NCBI GenBank assembly: GCA_963695555.1
Contig: CAVOGR010000002.1
Location: 288,001 to 352,000, forward strand
Reading direction: 5' to 3'
Origin: an uncultured Gemmatimonadales bacterium
GTDB lineage: Bacteria > Gemmatimonadota > Gemmatimonadetes > Gemmatimonadales > GWC2-71-9
DNA: 64,000 nt
The translations under genes and the position numbers were made by a program. Below are positions 9,774 through 19,224 of this stretch, in pieces. The notes under the pieces are model-generated. The model was not told the DNA's origin. It was given only the letters and a program-made list of their open reading frames with translations, and ran no database searches. Position 1 is the first letter of the stretch; every line of letters begins with the position of its first letter.

Positions 9774-9877
9774 TGCCACCGACGTCGGTCGCCTCGGGGC
9801 GCGATCGGTGAGGCCGCGGCAGCGGGCCTGATCCGAGCTCGATCCGTCCGCGCGACTGACTCGCGCGACCCCTGCCC

Positions 9878-12130
9878 CTACCCTTTCAACTGATCCAGAA
9901 TCGGCAGCCGCCGGATCCGCTTTCCCGTCGCCCGGAAGATGGCGTTGGTGAGCGCCGGGGCGGCGCTCGGAATGCCGATCTCGCCCACACCGGTCGGCGT
10001 GTCGCCAAACGGGAGGATGTGGGCCTCGAACCGGCTCGGAAACGCGGCGATGCGTGCCAGCGGGTAGTCGTGGAAGTTGCTCTGCTCGATCTGCCCGTCC
10101 TTGACCGTGATCTGGAGACCCAGGGCCGTGCTGATCCCATCGACCGTGGCGCCCTGGAGCTGGGCCTCGACCGCGTTCGGATGCACCGCGAGGCCGCAAT
10201 CGATCGCGGCGACGATGCGCTCGATCCTGAGATCGCCGTCGTCGCCCACCTCGACCTCGATCGCGTGGGCCGCATACCCGCCGAAGGTGAAGTGCGACGC
10301 GAGCCCGATGCCGCGGCCGGCCGGTAGTGCCCTCCCATATCCGATCCGCTCGGCCACGAACCCGACCAGCCGGGCCAGACGGCCCGGGTTGAACGTCGGG
10401 CCGCCGTGGCTGGAATAGGGCAGTGTCCTGTCCGCGCCGTACAGCCGGAGGCGGAGCTCGAGCGGGTCCTGACCCGTGGCGGCGGCGACTTCGTCGATGA
10501 AGCTCTGGACCACGAACGCGTTGGCCGTGTGGGCCGGCCCGCGCCACGAGCCGCGCGGCACACCGATGGCGTTGTGGAAGTACTCCAGCCGGAAGTTCGG
10601 CACCATGCGGCGCGGGAAGTCGTCGGGATAGAGCTCGGCTTGCCACAAGTTGTCGTCCGGCATGTTGGGCCGCCGGTAGTACTTGCTGGCACTGGCCAGG
10701 CGGTGGGTCCACGCGACGATGTCGCCACCGGCGCTCATCCCGGCGCGCAGTTCATGCGTGCCGGCCGGGCGGTAGAAGTCATTCTTGACGTCGTCCTCGC
10801 GGGTCCATTGAAGCTTGATCGGCCAGCCGGTCTTCTTCGAGATCAGCGCCGCCTCGGCCACGTAATCGTTGGTGAGCCGGCGGCCGAACCCGCCGCCGAC
10901 CCGCGGGAAGTCGACCTCGATTTGGTCGAGCTCGAGACCCGTGGCCCACGCGGCCGACCGGGCCGCGCCCCCGGGCATCTGGGTCGGTGCAATGATGTGG
11001 CAGCGACCGGCCTCGACGAAGGCGTAACAGTTCTGTGGCTCGAGCGGCGCGTGATTGACGAACGGGACCTCGTAGCGATGTTCGACCACCATCGCCGCAC
11101 CGGCCATGGCCGCGTCGAATCCGCCGTCATCGAGCACCACCTGCCCCCGGCCGTCGAGCAGCCTCGCGTTCTCGGCCCAGAAGGCTGCCGAGCTGTCGCC
11201 CGCGTTCGGGCCCTTGTCCCACTCGACCCGTAGGGCACGCCGCCCCTTGATGGCGGCCCAGGTTGAGGTCGCCACCACGGCCACGCCGCTCGCCAGGATG
11301 TTGTACGGCGCCCCCGGGGCCGGGCCCTCGATTTCGAACACGTCCAGCACGCCGTCGACCGCGCGGGCGGCCGAGTCGTCGAACGACACCGGCTTGCCAT
11401 TCAGGTACGGGCACCGGGCGATCACCGCGTACCGCATGTTGGGCTGCTCGGTATCGCTGGCGTACTTTGCCGCACCAGTCACGATGTCGCGGGCGTCGAT
11501 CGTCGGGTGGCGCTTTCCGACGATGCGGTAATCGGCCGTTGCTTTGAGCGGCGGCCGTTCCGTCGGCACGGCCAGCAGGGCGGCGTCGGCCACGAGGTCG
11601 GCGTACGCTAGCCTGTTGCCGCGGGTGGGCCCGACGACCAATCCGGGCTCGGTGCGGCACTGGCCGGGATCGACGTTCCACCGTGTGGCCGCGGCCCGGA
11701 TCAGTTGCTGCCGGGCCGTCGCGCCGACCTGGCGCATGAAGTCCCAGTTGTTGGTGAGCCCGCTGCTGCCGCCGACTCCCTGGCCGCCGTACTTCCAGGT
11801 ATAGCCGTCGGCCGTCTTCACCAGGCCGAGCGGCATCGGGCGGATGCTGACCGTGTCCCAGGCGACATCCAATTCCTCGGCCACGAGCATGGGCAGCGCC
11901 GTGCGCACGCCTTGCCCGAGTTCGGGCTGGTTGGTGCCGATGATGACACCGCCGTCAGGCAAGATCTCGATGAAGAACCCGAGCTGGCGATCGGGAGAAT
12001 CGACTTGTCCCAGCAGGTCCGCGAGCGGCACGCCGAGCACGAACGTGCCGGCGGCCGTGGCACCGGCAACGACGAACTGCCGGCGCGACAGCGTCAGGGT
12101 CGGGGTCGGAGACGACACGCTATCGGACAT
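9878..12130 (-). CDS. Xanthine dehydrogenase family molybdopterin-binding subunit (IorB-like), Tat-exported
   Basis: SRRQFV twin-arginine; ELGQG, HAPLEP, VGGGFGRR, GVGEIG. Confidence 0.95.
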   Translation of the reverse strand: MSDSVSSPTPTLTLSRRQFVVAGATAAGTFVLGVPLADLLGQVDSPDRQLGFFIEILPDGGVIIGTNQPELGQGVRTALPMLVAEELDVAWDTVSIRPMPLGLVKTADGYTWKYGGQGVGGSSGLTNNWDFMRQVGATARQQLIRAAATRWNVDPGQCRTEPGLVVGPTRGNRLAYADLVADAALLAVPTERPPLKATADYRIVGKRHPTIDARDIVTGAAKYASDTEQPNMRYAVIARCPYLNGKPVSFDDSAARAVDGVLDVFEIEGPAPGAPYNILASGVAVVATSTWAAIKGRRALRVEWDKGPNAGDSSAAFWAENARLLDGRGQVVLDDGGFDAAMAGAAMVVEHRYEVPFVNHAPLEPQNCYAFVEAGRCHIIAPTQMPGGAARSAAWATGLELDQIEVDFPRVGGGFGRRLTNDYVAEAALISKKTGWPIKLQWTREDDVKNDFYRPAGTHELRAGMSAGGDIVAWTHRLASASKYYRRPNMPDDNLWQAELYPDDFPRRMVPNFRLEYFHNAIGVPRGSWRGPAHTANAFVVQSFIDEVAAATGQDPLELRLRLYGADRTLPYSSHGGPTFNPGRLARLVGFVAERIGYGRALPAGRGIGLASHFTFGGYAAHAIEVEVGDDGDLRIERIVAAIDCGLAVHPNAVEAQLQGATVDGISTALGLQITVKDGQIEQSNFHDYPLARIAAFPSRFEAHILPFGDTPTGVGEIGIPSAAPALTNAIFRATGKRIRRLPILDQLKG

Positions 12131-12599
12131 TGCCGCCTCCTTCCGCCTGCAGTTCCGCCGCCCGGTGGATGGCCGCGCGGATCCGCGGATAGGTGCCGCA
12201 GCGGCACAGGATGGTCAGTTGGGCGTCGATGTCGGCATCGGTAGGGTTTGGAATGCGTTGCAGCAGGTCGACCGTTGCCATGATCTGCCCGGCCTGGCAG
12301 TAGCCGCATTGGGGCACATCGTGCTCCAGCCACGCCGTCTGCACCGGGTGCAGTTGCTCAGCCGAGGCGGCGAGCCCTTCGATGGTGGTAATCGACAAGC
12401 CGGCGATGCTCGATACTGGTGTGAGGCACGACCGCCGTGCCTGGCCATCGACCAGCACCGTGCACGTGCCGCAAAGGCCGACGCCGCAGCCGTATTTGGT
12501 GCCGGTGAGCCGGACGTGATCGCGGAGCACCCAGAGGAGCGGGGTCTCCTGGCTGCCGTCGAACACCACGTCTTGGGAGTTCACTCGGAAGGAAATCAT
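12120..12599 (-). CDS. (2Fe-2S)-binding small subunit (IorA-like)
   Basis: GTKYGCGVGLCGTC, QCGYCQ, CRCGTY. Confidence 0.95.
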   Translation of the reverse strand: MISFRVNSQDVVFDGSQETPLLWVLRDHVRLTGTKYGCGVGLCGTCTVLVDGQARRSCLTPVSSIAGLSITTIEGLAASAEQLHPVQTAWLEHDVPQCGYCQAGQIMATVDLLQRIPNPTDADIDAQLTILCRCGTYPRIRAAIHRAAELQAEGGGNVR

Positions 12600-12878
12600 G
12601 GGCGGAGGCTCCGCGTCGGATGGAAGGTCGGCCCTACCGGCCCTGGCAGGAGGGGCCGGCGGTCAGCGTCGGGGGGGGCACGGCTGGTCGAGACGAGAAG
12701 ACCGTCTCCCGGCCGGCGTGCCTACACTATGAACCTTTACGAGTGGGGCGGGCAAGTGTTTCGCCGCCGCCGTGCGACTCGGCGGGTGCTCGGCGGCCGG
12801 GCCCGCGAGGAATGCGAATTCGATCCGATGCGACGAGGGACGACCGAGCGGCGACCACCGATGCTGCCCGGAGCCATA

Positions 12879-12914
12879 GACGAACGAGCCCGCCTAGCGG
12901 CGGGCTCGTTCGTC
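12879..12914. terminator. Perfect 16-bp hairpin directly 3' of tRNA-Cys
   Basis: GACGAACGAGCCCGCC-TAGC-GGCGGGCTCGTTCGTC; no clear U-tract. Confidence 0.65.
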
Positions 12915-12915
12915 A

Positions 12916-12987
<72 letters not shown>

Positions 12988-13030
12988 GGGATGTGGAAAG
13001 TGGCGCGGGCCCCAACCCGCCGCAAGGGCC

Positions 13031-13954
13031 TTACAACTCCTTCAGGTACCACCGATTGCATGATGTGTAACCGGTGTTGCCCACCTGCCGGTCTACCTCG
13101 CGGAACCCCGCCCGCTCGTAGAGCCGCCGCGCCTCCGCCATCGGATCGGACGTCTCCAAGTAGCACTGTCGGTAGCCCAGCGTTTTGGCCCGCTCGAGCA
13201 GGCGCTCGAGCACCGTGCGGCCGAGCCCGAGCCCGCGGAGCTCGGGCAGGAAGTACATCTTCCGAAGCTCACAGATAGCCGCGTCGGCACCGGCCAGCGA
13301 GGCTATCCCCCCGCCGCCCAGCACCCGCTGGCCCCGTGCAACCACCAGATACTGGGAGCGATCGCCCCGGTAGGCCTCATACATGGCGTCGACTTCCGAC
13401 CCTTCGCCCGCGCACACGCTGTCGGCCACACCGTACTCAGCCATCACACCGCGGATCATGCGCGCCAGCGCCGGGTCGTCGCTCCGACGGACCGGCCGGA
13501 TGGTGTAGTCGCGGAGCGCCCGGGAGCGGGCCAGCGCCTTGGCATAGAGTTCGAGCCCCTCGACCACCGCCCCGCGGCCGGCCGAGTCCAACAGCTCGAG
13601 CGCGCCGGCCACCTGCCGGTCGGCCGCCCGGTCGAGCCGCGCCACCGCCCGGCGACCATTCGGCGTTAGCCGAATCGGCTTGGCCCGCTTGTCGGCTACC
13701 TTTACCCTGCCGACGAGCCCGCGGCGCCTGAGCCGCCCGACGGTCCGGCTCATGGTCGACTTGTCGAGCGCCATTCGCTCCGCCAGTTCGGTGATGGTGA
13801 GCGGTGCCTCGCGGCCGAGCTCGGTCAGCACGTGACACTCGGACAGGGTCGGGCCGCCACCGGCGGCGCCCGCTCCATCGCCCAGGAGCCCCAGCTGCCG
13901 CACCATCCGGCGCGACGCGTCGCGCACCTGGCGGACGGGTAGCCCTGTCGACAT
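13031..13954 (-). CDS. Bifunctional MarR-family regulator / GNAT acetyltransferase
   Basis: TITELAERMALDKSTMSRTV HTH; CELRKMYFLPELRGLGLG and LYERAGF GNAT motifs. Confidence 0.92.
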   Translation of the reverse strand: MSTGLPVRQVRDASRRMVRQLGLLGDGAGAAGGGPTLSECHVLTELGREAPLTITELAERMALDKSTMSRTVGRLRRRGLVGRVKVADKRAKPIRLTPNGRRAVARLDRAADRQVAGALELLDSAGRGAVVEGLELYAKALARSRALRDYTIRPVRRSDDPALARMIRGVMAEYGVADSVCAGEGSEVDAMYEAYRGDRSQYLVVARGQRVLGGGGIASLAGADAAICELRKMYFLPELRGLGLGRTVLERLLERAKTLGYRQCYLETSDPMAEARRLYERAGFREVDRQVGNTGYTSCNRWYLKEL

Positions 13955-13985
13955 ACCTCGATCTCCCGATGGAGAGTAGAATCAA

Positions 13986-14010
13986 ATATAGTTGTAGTAT
14001 GCAACTATAT
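13986..14010. promoter_or_regulatory. AT-rich palindromic operator, probably bound by the adjacent MarR-GNAT
   Basis: ATATAGTTG-N7-CAACTATAT perfect arms between divergent genes. Confidence 0.75.
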
Positions 14011-14036
14011 CACGGCTCGGGCCAGGGGAGGGGGTC

Positions 14037-14522
14037 ATGACCATCGAACGGGTGGTGTCGGGCGGCCAGACCGGAGTCGATCGCGCCGCCCTGGATGCGG
14101 CGGAGGAGCTAAGCCTGCCAGCGGGCGGCTGGTGCCCGGCCGGGCGGCTGGCCGAGGACGGCCCCATCCCGCCACACTATCCCCTGACCGAGACCCCGAC
14201 CGACGCGTACGAGGAACGCACCCGGTGGAACGTGCGCGACAGCGACGGCACCCTCGTGCTCACCATCGGGCGGCCCAGCGGCGGCACCGCCCAAACCATC
14301 GAGTGCGCGCGCGGGTTGGCCCGGCCCTACTTCGTGCTCGACCTCCGCGCCACACCGGCCGAGCGGCGCCGGGTCGAGGCGTGGCTCGCGGCCAACCGGA
14401 TCCGCACGCTCAATGTTGCGGGTCCCAGGGAGAGCAAGGCGCCGGGGGTGTACCAACTGGCGAAGGATTACCTGAAGAACCTGCTCACGATCGCGTCAGC
14501 GGGTGATGCTCGGATAGAGTGA
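14037..14522 (+). CDS. 'Putative molybdenum carrier' / circularly permuted YpsA (SLOG) family protein
   Basis: VVSGGQTGVDRAALD, GGWCP, RTRWNVRDSDGTL, LNVAGPRES. Confidence 0.9.
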   Translation: MTIERVVSGGQTGVDRAALDAAEELSLPAGGWCPAGRLAEDGPIPPHYPLTETPTDAYEERTRWNVRDSDGTLVLTIGRPSGGTAQTIECARGLARPYFVLDLRATPAERRRVEAWLAANRIRTLNVAGPRESKAPGVYQLAKDYLKNLLTIASAGDARIE

Positions 14523-16151
14523 GAAGGCGAGCCCCTTGGCGATGACCAACACCCAGCCCGCGGACTCGACGTCGGTCGCGAAGCGCCGCGCGACGTCGAC
14601 CCGAAGCGGGCTGAGCGAGGTATCGCGGCTCAGGCCGATCCGGAGGCCGACCCCGGCATCCCATCCCAACCGGCGCTCGAAGCCGTCATACCATGCTCCG
14701 CCGTGGTCGACGAACCCCGCGAGCCCGATGCCCGCGAATCGCCACAAGTCTGGAATCAGGGTGTAGCGGTACTCCGCCGTCGCGAACACCATGCGGTCGC
14801 CGGTGAAGGCGTGGGAGCGGAAGGCGCGCGGCCCGTAGTCGAGGCCGAGGTCGAACTCGGTGCCCGGGGTCGGGTCTTCCAACCACCCGGCCTCCGCGTG
14901 GACCATCACATTATGCCGCTCCGCCGGCTGGAACACGGCCGTACCGCTCAGGCTGACCGACCCCGAGTCGAGCCCCGCGCCGGTAAAGAGCCCGTTGGCC
15001 GCCGCCTCGACCAGGGCAAACCCCAACGGCAACGCGGTGCCGCTCCGAACGGTCACACCGGGGCCGATGCCGTCCTGCTCATACCCGAAGGCACGGGAAG
15101 CGACCAGCGCGCTCACTTGCACCGTGGTGCTCAGGTCGATGTCTTCTTCCCGTCCGAAGGCGAGGAAATTTCGGGTGACCAGGAACCGGGAGCGGCTCCA
15201 GTGCATGAACGGGCCGACGACGCCGGTGATGGTCTCCGGAAACGGCCCGGCCAGAGAATCGTCCCGGAAGTCCTCCCGGCGCAGCTCGCCGAGCCCGCCC
15301 AGCCTCAGGTACCCCGAAGCGCCGGTCTCGAGGGCCCAGGCACCCGCGATGCGAGCCGAGGTGCGACGTTGACGCAGCGTCTCCGACGGCGTCCTGACCC
15401 CTTCCCGGAACCGGAGCACGCGGGTGTCACGCACCGTCCCGCCCACGCCATACGACAGCCGCGAGTCGAGCGACAAAAACGGCCGGCCGACGGCGGCGCT
15501 CAACACGGTGCCGTCCGAGCGGTCTTCGTACACCGCAGCCACGCCAATAGAGTTGGCGATCAGCCGGCCGCGCGCGAACCCGAGCTCGATGGAGGAGCGA
15601 TCGGGATCGTCCCGAAATTCGAAGGACGCGGTGCTTGCCGTGCCGAGCAGGTTTTCCTCGGCCACGCGGATGGTGAAGGCGATCTCATCGCCCGAACTCC
15701 GAAAGCGGAAATCGGTGCGGGTGCTCCAGCCATCTTTGGTGTTGACCCGAGCGATCAGGCCGGAGTCGGTGCGAACGGTATCGATCAGGACTCGCCGAAA
15801 GATGCCGAGCGATCGGAGATTGCGCTCCGTTTCGGCGACGCGCGCGGAGTCGTAGGGCTCACCCGCGCGGAACAGGAGTTCCTTCCGCACCACGGATGGC
15901 CGCGTGGTGAAGTGGAGTGCGTTCACCAGCCGGGCAATCCAACTCTTTTCCGCTTCGTCCTGATCGAAGATGTCCTGCCGCTCGATCTCGATGGCGCGGA
16001 TGGTGTCGGGGGTCGCCGAAGCCTCGGGCCCGCCGGCAACCTGCGCCGTGACGGCCGATGCGTACCCAACGAGAGCGAGGCAGACCAGGGTGCACCTGGC
16101 CAGTGTGGTAGCGGACAGAACCGACTCCGGAGCGCGGGGATCCAGCCGCAA
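14496..16151 (-). CDS. Omp85/BamA-TamA-like outer-membrane protein with POTRA domain (start uncertain)
   Basis: Signal peptide; VRKELLF..GEPYD...ETERNLRSLGIF POTRA; EENLLG; PRAF motif; beta-barrel C-terminus. Confidence 0.8.
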   Translation of the reverse strand: MRLDPRAPESVLSATTLARCTLVCLALVGYASAVTAQVAGGPEASATPDTIRAIEIERQDIFDQDEAEKSWIARLVNALHFTTRPSVVRKELLFRAGEPYDSARVAETERNLRSLGIFRRVLIDTVRTDSGLIARVNTKDGWSTRTDFRFRSSGDEIAFTIRVAEENLLGTASTASFEFRDDPDRSSIELGFARGRLIANSIGVAAVYEDRSDGTVLSAAVGRPFLSLDSRLSYGVGGTVRDTRVLRFREGVRTPSETLRQRRTSARIAGAWALETGASGYLRLGGLGELRREDFRDDSLAGPFPETITGVVGPFMHWSRSRFLVTRNFLAFGREEDIDLSTTVQVSALVASRAFGYEQDGIGPGVTVRSGTALPLGFALVEAAANGLFTGAGLDSGSVSLSGTAVFQPAERHNVMVHAEAGWLEDPTPGTEFDLGLDYGPRAFRSHAFTGDRMVFATAEYRYTLIPDLWRFAGIGLAGFVDHGGAWYDGFERRLGWDAGVGLRIGLSRDTSLSPLRVDVARRFATDVESAGWVLVIAKGLAFSLYPSITR

Positions 16152-16176
16152 TCTAACCCGCGGCCGTGGGAGCCCC

Positions 16177-16962
16177 CTACCCCAACAGCTCCGCCACGCT
16201 CGTGAGGATTCGGTCCGGTGCGACACCGCTCTTGGCGACGGTGTCGGAGCGGTACTTCCCGGTCTTGACCAGCCACCCGCGATAGCCGGCCTGTTGGGCG
16301 CCCTGGACATCGGTCCAGATGTCGTCGCCGATGACGACGATGTCGGCCACGGCCGGATCCTCATCGCCCCGGATGCTCCGGACGGCGCCGTGGAAGAATT
16401 CGGGGCTGGGTTTTCCTGCGATGGTGGCGGTGACGCCGGTGGCGTATTCGAGGCCCACCACGAACGGGCCGGCGTCGAGTGCAAGCCCGTCGCGCCGCAT
16501 CCAGTAGCGGTCGCGTGACAGCGCAATGAGGGCTGCGCCATCGAGTACGTAGCGGAAGGCTTCCTGCATGAGCGCATAGGTCCAGCGCTCGCCCAGGTCC
16601 CCGATCAGGACCGCGTCCGGTCCTTCGGTTGCCGCCTGGCCGGAGGTGCCGCCGCCCAGTTCGAACTCCGCGAGGTCCGGCAGCGCCGCCTCCGCGACGA
16701 ACGGGGCCAGCCGTCGCACGCCGCGCACGCGGGCCGCCGAGGCCCCGGCCACTACCGCGGTGATCACCTCATCCTCGGAGAGGGTGAACCCATAGCCGGC
16801 GAGCCGCTCGAGAATCGCGGCTCGCGAGCGGCTCGACGTGTTGGTGACGCACCGGAACGGGGTGGATCCCCGCAGGGCGGCGAGCACCTCGACGGCACCC
16901 GGAACCGGACCGGCCTCCGTGTAGAGCGTGCCGTCGAGGTCGAACAGATAGGCGTCCGGCAT
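16177..16962 (-). CDS. HAD-IIA hydrolase (LHPP/NagD-like)
   Basis: FDLDGTL, VTNTS, AGKPS, IGDDIWTDV, VKTGKYR. Confidence 0.92.
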   Translation of the reverse strand: MPDAYLFDLDGTLYTEAGPVPGAVEVLAALRGSTPFRCVTNTSSRSRAAILERLAGYGFTLSEDEVITAVVAGASAARVRGVRRLAPFVAEAALPDLAEFELGGGTSGQAATEGPDAVLIGDLGERWTYALMQEAFRYVLDGAALIALSRDRYWMRRDGLALDAGPFVVGLEYATGVTATIAGKPSPEFFHGAVRSIRGDEDPAVADIVVIGDDIWTDVQGAQQAGYRGWLVKTGKYRSDTVAKSGVAPDRILTSVAELLG

Positions 16963-17010
16963 TGCGCTAGTGCTCTCGCCGGGCGGCATGCGCCAACCGG
17001 TTGCGGCCGA

Positions 17011-18432
17011 CTAGTACCGGCCCAAGTAGTTGTCGATCTCCCATTGGCTCACCTGCAGGTTGTACTGCAGGATCTCGTCACGCTTTGCCTCGAGGAATCG
17101 TTCCGTCAGATGCGGTCCCAGCGCCTCGGTCATCACCTTGTCCTTGGCAAAGACATCCAAGGCCTCGTGCAAGTCGCGCGGCAGCTCGTCGATCTTGTAC
17201 TTCCGTCGATCCCGGTGACTCATGGTGAAGATGTTCCGATTGACCGGATCGCGGGCCTTGAGCTTGCGCTCGACGCCGTCGAGCCCGGCTGCCAGCTGCA
17301 CGGTGAGCGACAGATACGGATTGGCCGACGGGTCGGGCATCCGCAATTCGCAACGGGTGCCTTCGCCACGGCGGTCCGGGATACGCACGCAGGGCGACCG
17401 GTTCCGCATCGACCAGGCGACGTTGACCGGCGCCTCGTAGCCGGGCACCAGACGCTTGTAGCTGTTGATGAGCGGGTTGGTGATGGCCACGAAGGCGCGG
17501 GCGTGTTGGAGCAAGCCCTCGATGTAGCTCAACGCGATATCGGACAGCTCGTATTTGCCCTTCGGATCCCAGAACGCGTTCTTGCCACCCAGAAACAGCG
17601 ACTGGTGGGTGTGCATGCCGCTCCCGTTCTGCCCTCGAATGGGCTTCGGCATGAACGACGCGACCGAATCGTGACGGTGGGCCACATCGCGCACGACAAA
17701 CCGGAACGTCGTCAGGTTGTCAGCCGTGGTGAGCGCGTCGGCATACTTGAAATCGATCTCGTGCTGCCCCGGGGCCACCTCGTGGTGGGCGGCCTCGACC
17801 TCGAATCCCATGTGCTCGAGGTCCTTCACGATGATTCGCCGCAGCGCCTCGCCCTCATCTACCGGGGTGAGATCGAAGTACGCTCCGGAGTCGTGGGTTA
17901 CCGTCGTCGGCGCGCCGGTTGGGCTCTTGTCGAACAGGAAGAACTCGGCTTCACAGCCCGCCATCATCAAGAAGCCCAGCTTCTTGGCGCGTTCCACCTG
18001 CCGCTTGAGCGTCAGGCGCGGACACCCGGCAAAGGGCGACCCGTCAGGAAGGTGGATGTCACAGAGCAGTCGCGCGACCCGCCCGCCTTCGTCCTCGTAC
18101 GGCATGATCCGGTAGGTGTCGAGGTCGGGCTTCAGCAGCATGTCCGATTCCTCGATCCGCACAAATCCCTCGATCGAGGAGCCGTCGAACATGATCTCAC
18201 CATCCAAGGCCTTGCTGAATTGCGTTCTGGGAACCTCGACGTTCTTGCTGACGCCCAGGATATCGGTGAACTGCAGCCGGACGAAATCGACTTCGAACCG
18301 TTGCATCAGGTCCAAGATGTCCTGCTTGCTCGAGCCCGTCAGGTCGGTGGGGAAGCCATCGAGAATCGGGCGGCCCTTCCGCCCGGTTGCCACTCTGTGT
18401 TCCGATTCGGTACCACGTCCTTCGTGGGTCAT
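17011..18432 (-). CDS. glnA: Glutamine synthetase type I
   Basis: FDGSSIEGF, EAAHHEVAPGQHEIDF, FMPKP..GQNGSGMHTHQS, YKRLVPGYEAP. Confidence 0.97.
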   Translation of the reverse strand: MTHEGRGTESEHRVATGRKGRPILDGFPTDLTGSSKQDILDLMQRFEVDFVRLQFTDILGVSKNVEVPRTQFSKALDGEIMFDGSSIEGFVRIEESDMLLKPDLDTYRIMPYEDEGGRVARLLCDIHLPDGSPFAGCPRLTLKRQVERAKKLGFLMMAGCEAEFFLFDKSPTGAPTTVTHDSGAYFDLTPVDEGEALRRIIVKDLEHMGFEVEAAHHEVAPGQHEIDFKYADALTTADNLTTFRFVVRDVAHRHDSVASFMPKPIRGQNGSGMHTHQSLFLGGKNAFWDPKGKYELSDIALSYIEGLLQHARAFVAITNPLINSYKRLVPGYEAPVNVAWSMRNRSPCVRIPDRRGEGTRCELRMPDPSANPYLSLTVQLAAGLDGVERKLKARDPVNRNIFTMSHRDRRKYKIDELPRDLHEALDVFAKDKVMTEALGPHLTERFLEAKRDEILQYNLQVSQWEIDNYLGRY

Positions 18433-18493
18433 CGCGGTCTCTGGGTAGGAGTTCTGAGGTTGGGCAGGGGGTGCTCCCCAGCCAAGCGGCAAA

Positions 18494-18543
18494 GATTAAT
18501 GGCGTACGTCAGCATTTGCAAATTATGCGCATTTTTGGTGCCA
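18494..18543 (-). promoter_or_regulatory. Candidate glnA promoters: sigma54-like -24/-12 plus sigma70-like pair
   Basis: Minus strand TGGCACCAAAAATGC (18543-18529) has GG-N10-GC spacing; downstream TTGCAA-N17-TAATCT. Confidence 0.55.
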
Positions 18544-18611
18544 CGGAAGCAAGAAATCGTGAATATGTGCAGAAGTGTGCATGGAAAAATGCGGGTAATG
18601 TAGAAATATTT

Positions 18612-18668
18612 GGTCGGTTAGGTCGGTAGGTCGGTAGGTCGGTAGGTCGGTAGGGCGGTTGGGCGGCC
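18612..18668. repeat. Octamer tandem repeat (GGTCGGTA)x4 plus degenerate copies
   Basis: Perfect units 18621-18652, flanked by GGTCGGTTA, GGGCGGTT, GGGCGGCC. Confidence 0.9.
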
Positions 18669-18739
18669 GGGAGAGACCGATAGCGGGGGGTGGGGCGCGG
18701 AGTGGTAGCCGATAGCGGGCTGGGTTGGGGGAGGGGGGT

Positions 18740-19015
18740 TTAGCCCAGGCTTTCCAGCACCCGCCACAGTTCGAGCGGGCTGAAATCGTTGAACCGGTTG
18801 ACGATCTCCTGCTCACTCCATTCGAGGAAGATCCACCCGGTGGTCCTCACGGCATCATCGGATAGGAAATGGAGCCGGCCTGCCACGGTGTCGCCGTGGT
18901 GCCGGGTTTCGAGATACACGCCCCAGGAGACGTCGCTGCGCGCCAAGTCTCCCAGGTGCCTCGCGGAGGGCACTTCCGACAGTTGGCCTGAGCTGGACAA
19001 ACGCGATGGCTCCAT
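18740..19015 (-). CDS. Hypothetical protein (91 aa)
   Basis: GGAG RBS before ATG 19015; globular composition (WGVYLET...GRLHF...TTGWIFLE). Confidence 0.7.
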   Translation of the reverse strand: MEPSRLSSSGQLSEVPSARHLGDLARSDVSWGVYLETRHHGDTVAGRLHFLSDDAVRTTGWIFLEWSEQEIVNRFNDFSPLELWRVLESLG

Positions 19016-19224
19016 GCAGATCTCCCCAGAACACTGCCGGTCCGCTATCACGGTAATGAGTCCTGGCGAACAACGCCAGCGTTGGCGTTCTTCGCCGCTC
19101 TGATGGGTGTAGATTTCCGACTCGGACTCGACCCGCAGGGGCGGGTGGAGCCGGTCCGGGCACTCACAGTGGCCAGCCGAGGAGGGTTGGGCCGGGAGGC
19201 TACGATCCTGAACCCGTCGATTCC

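Noticed and set aside
17044..18603. Long antisense or alternate-frame ORFs (also 14703-16205, 8246-9739, 9393-10712, 30626-32110, 47267-48718, 56594-58126)
   Set aside because: They overlap well-supported genes and are the expected stop-poor shadows of GC-rich coding DNA.
18612..18668. CRISPR array
   Set aside because: Contiguous 8-mers without spacers; no cas genes; no repeat-spacer pattern seen anywhere in the window.
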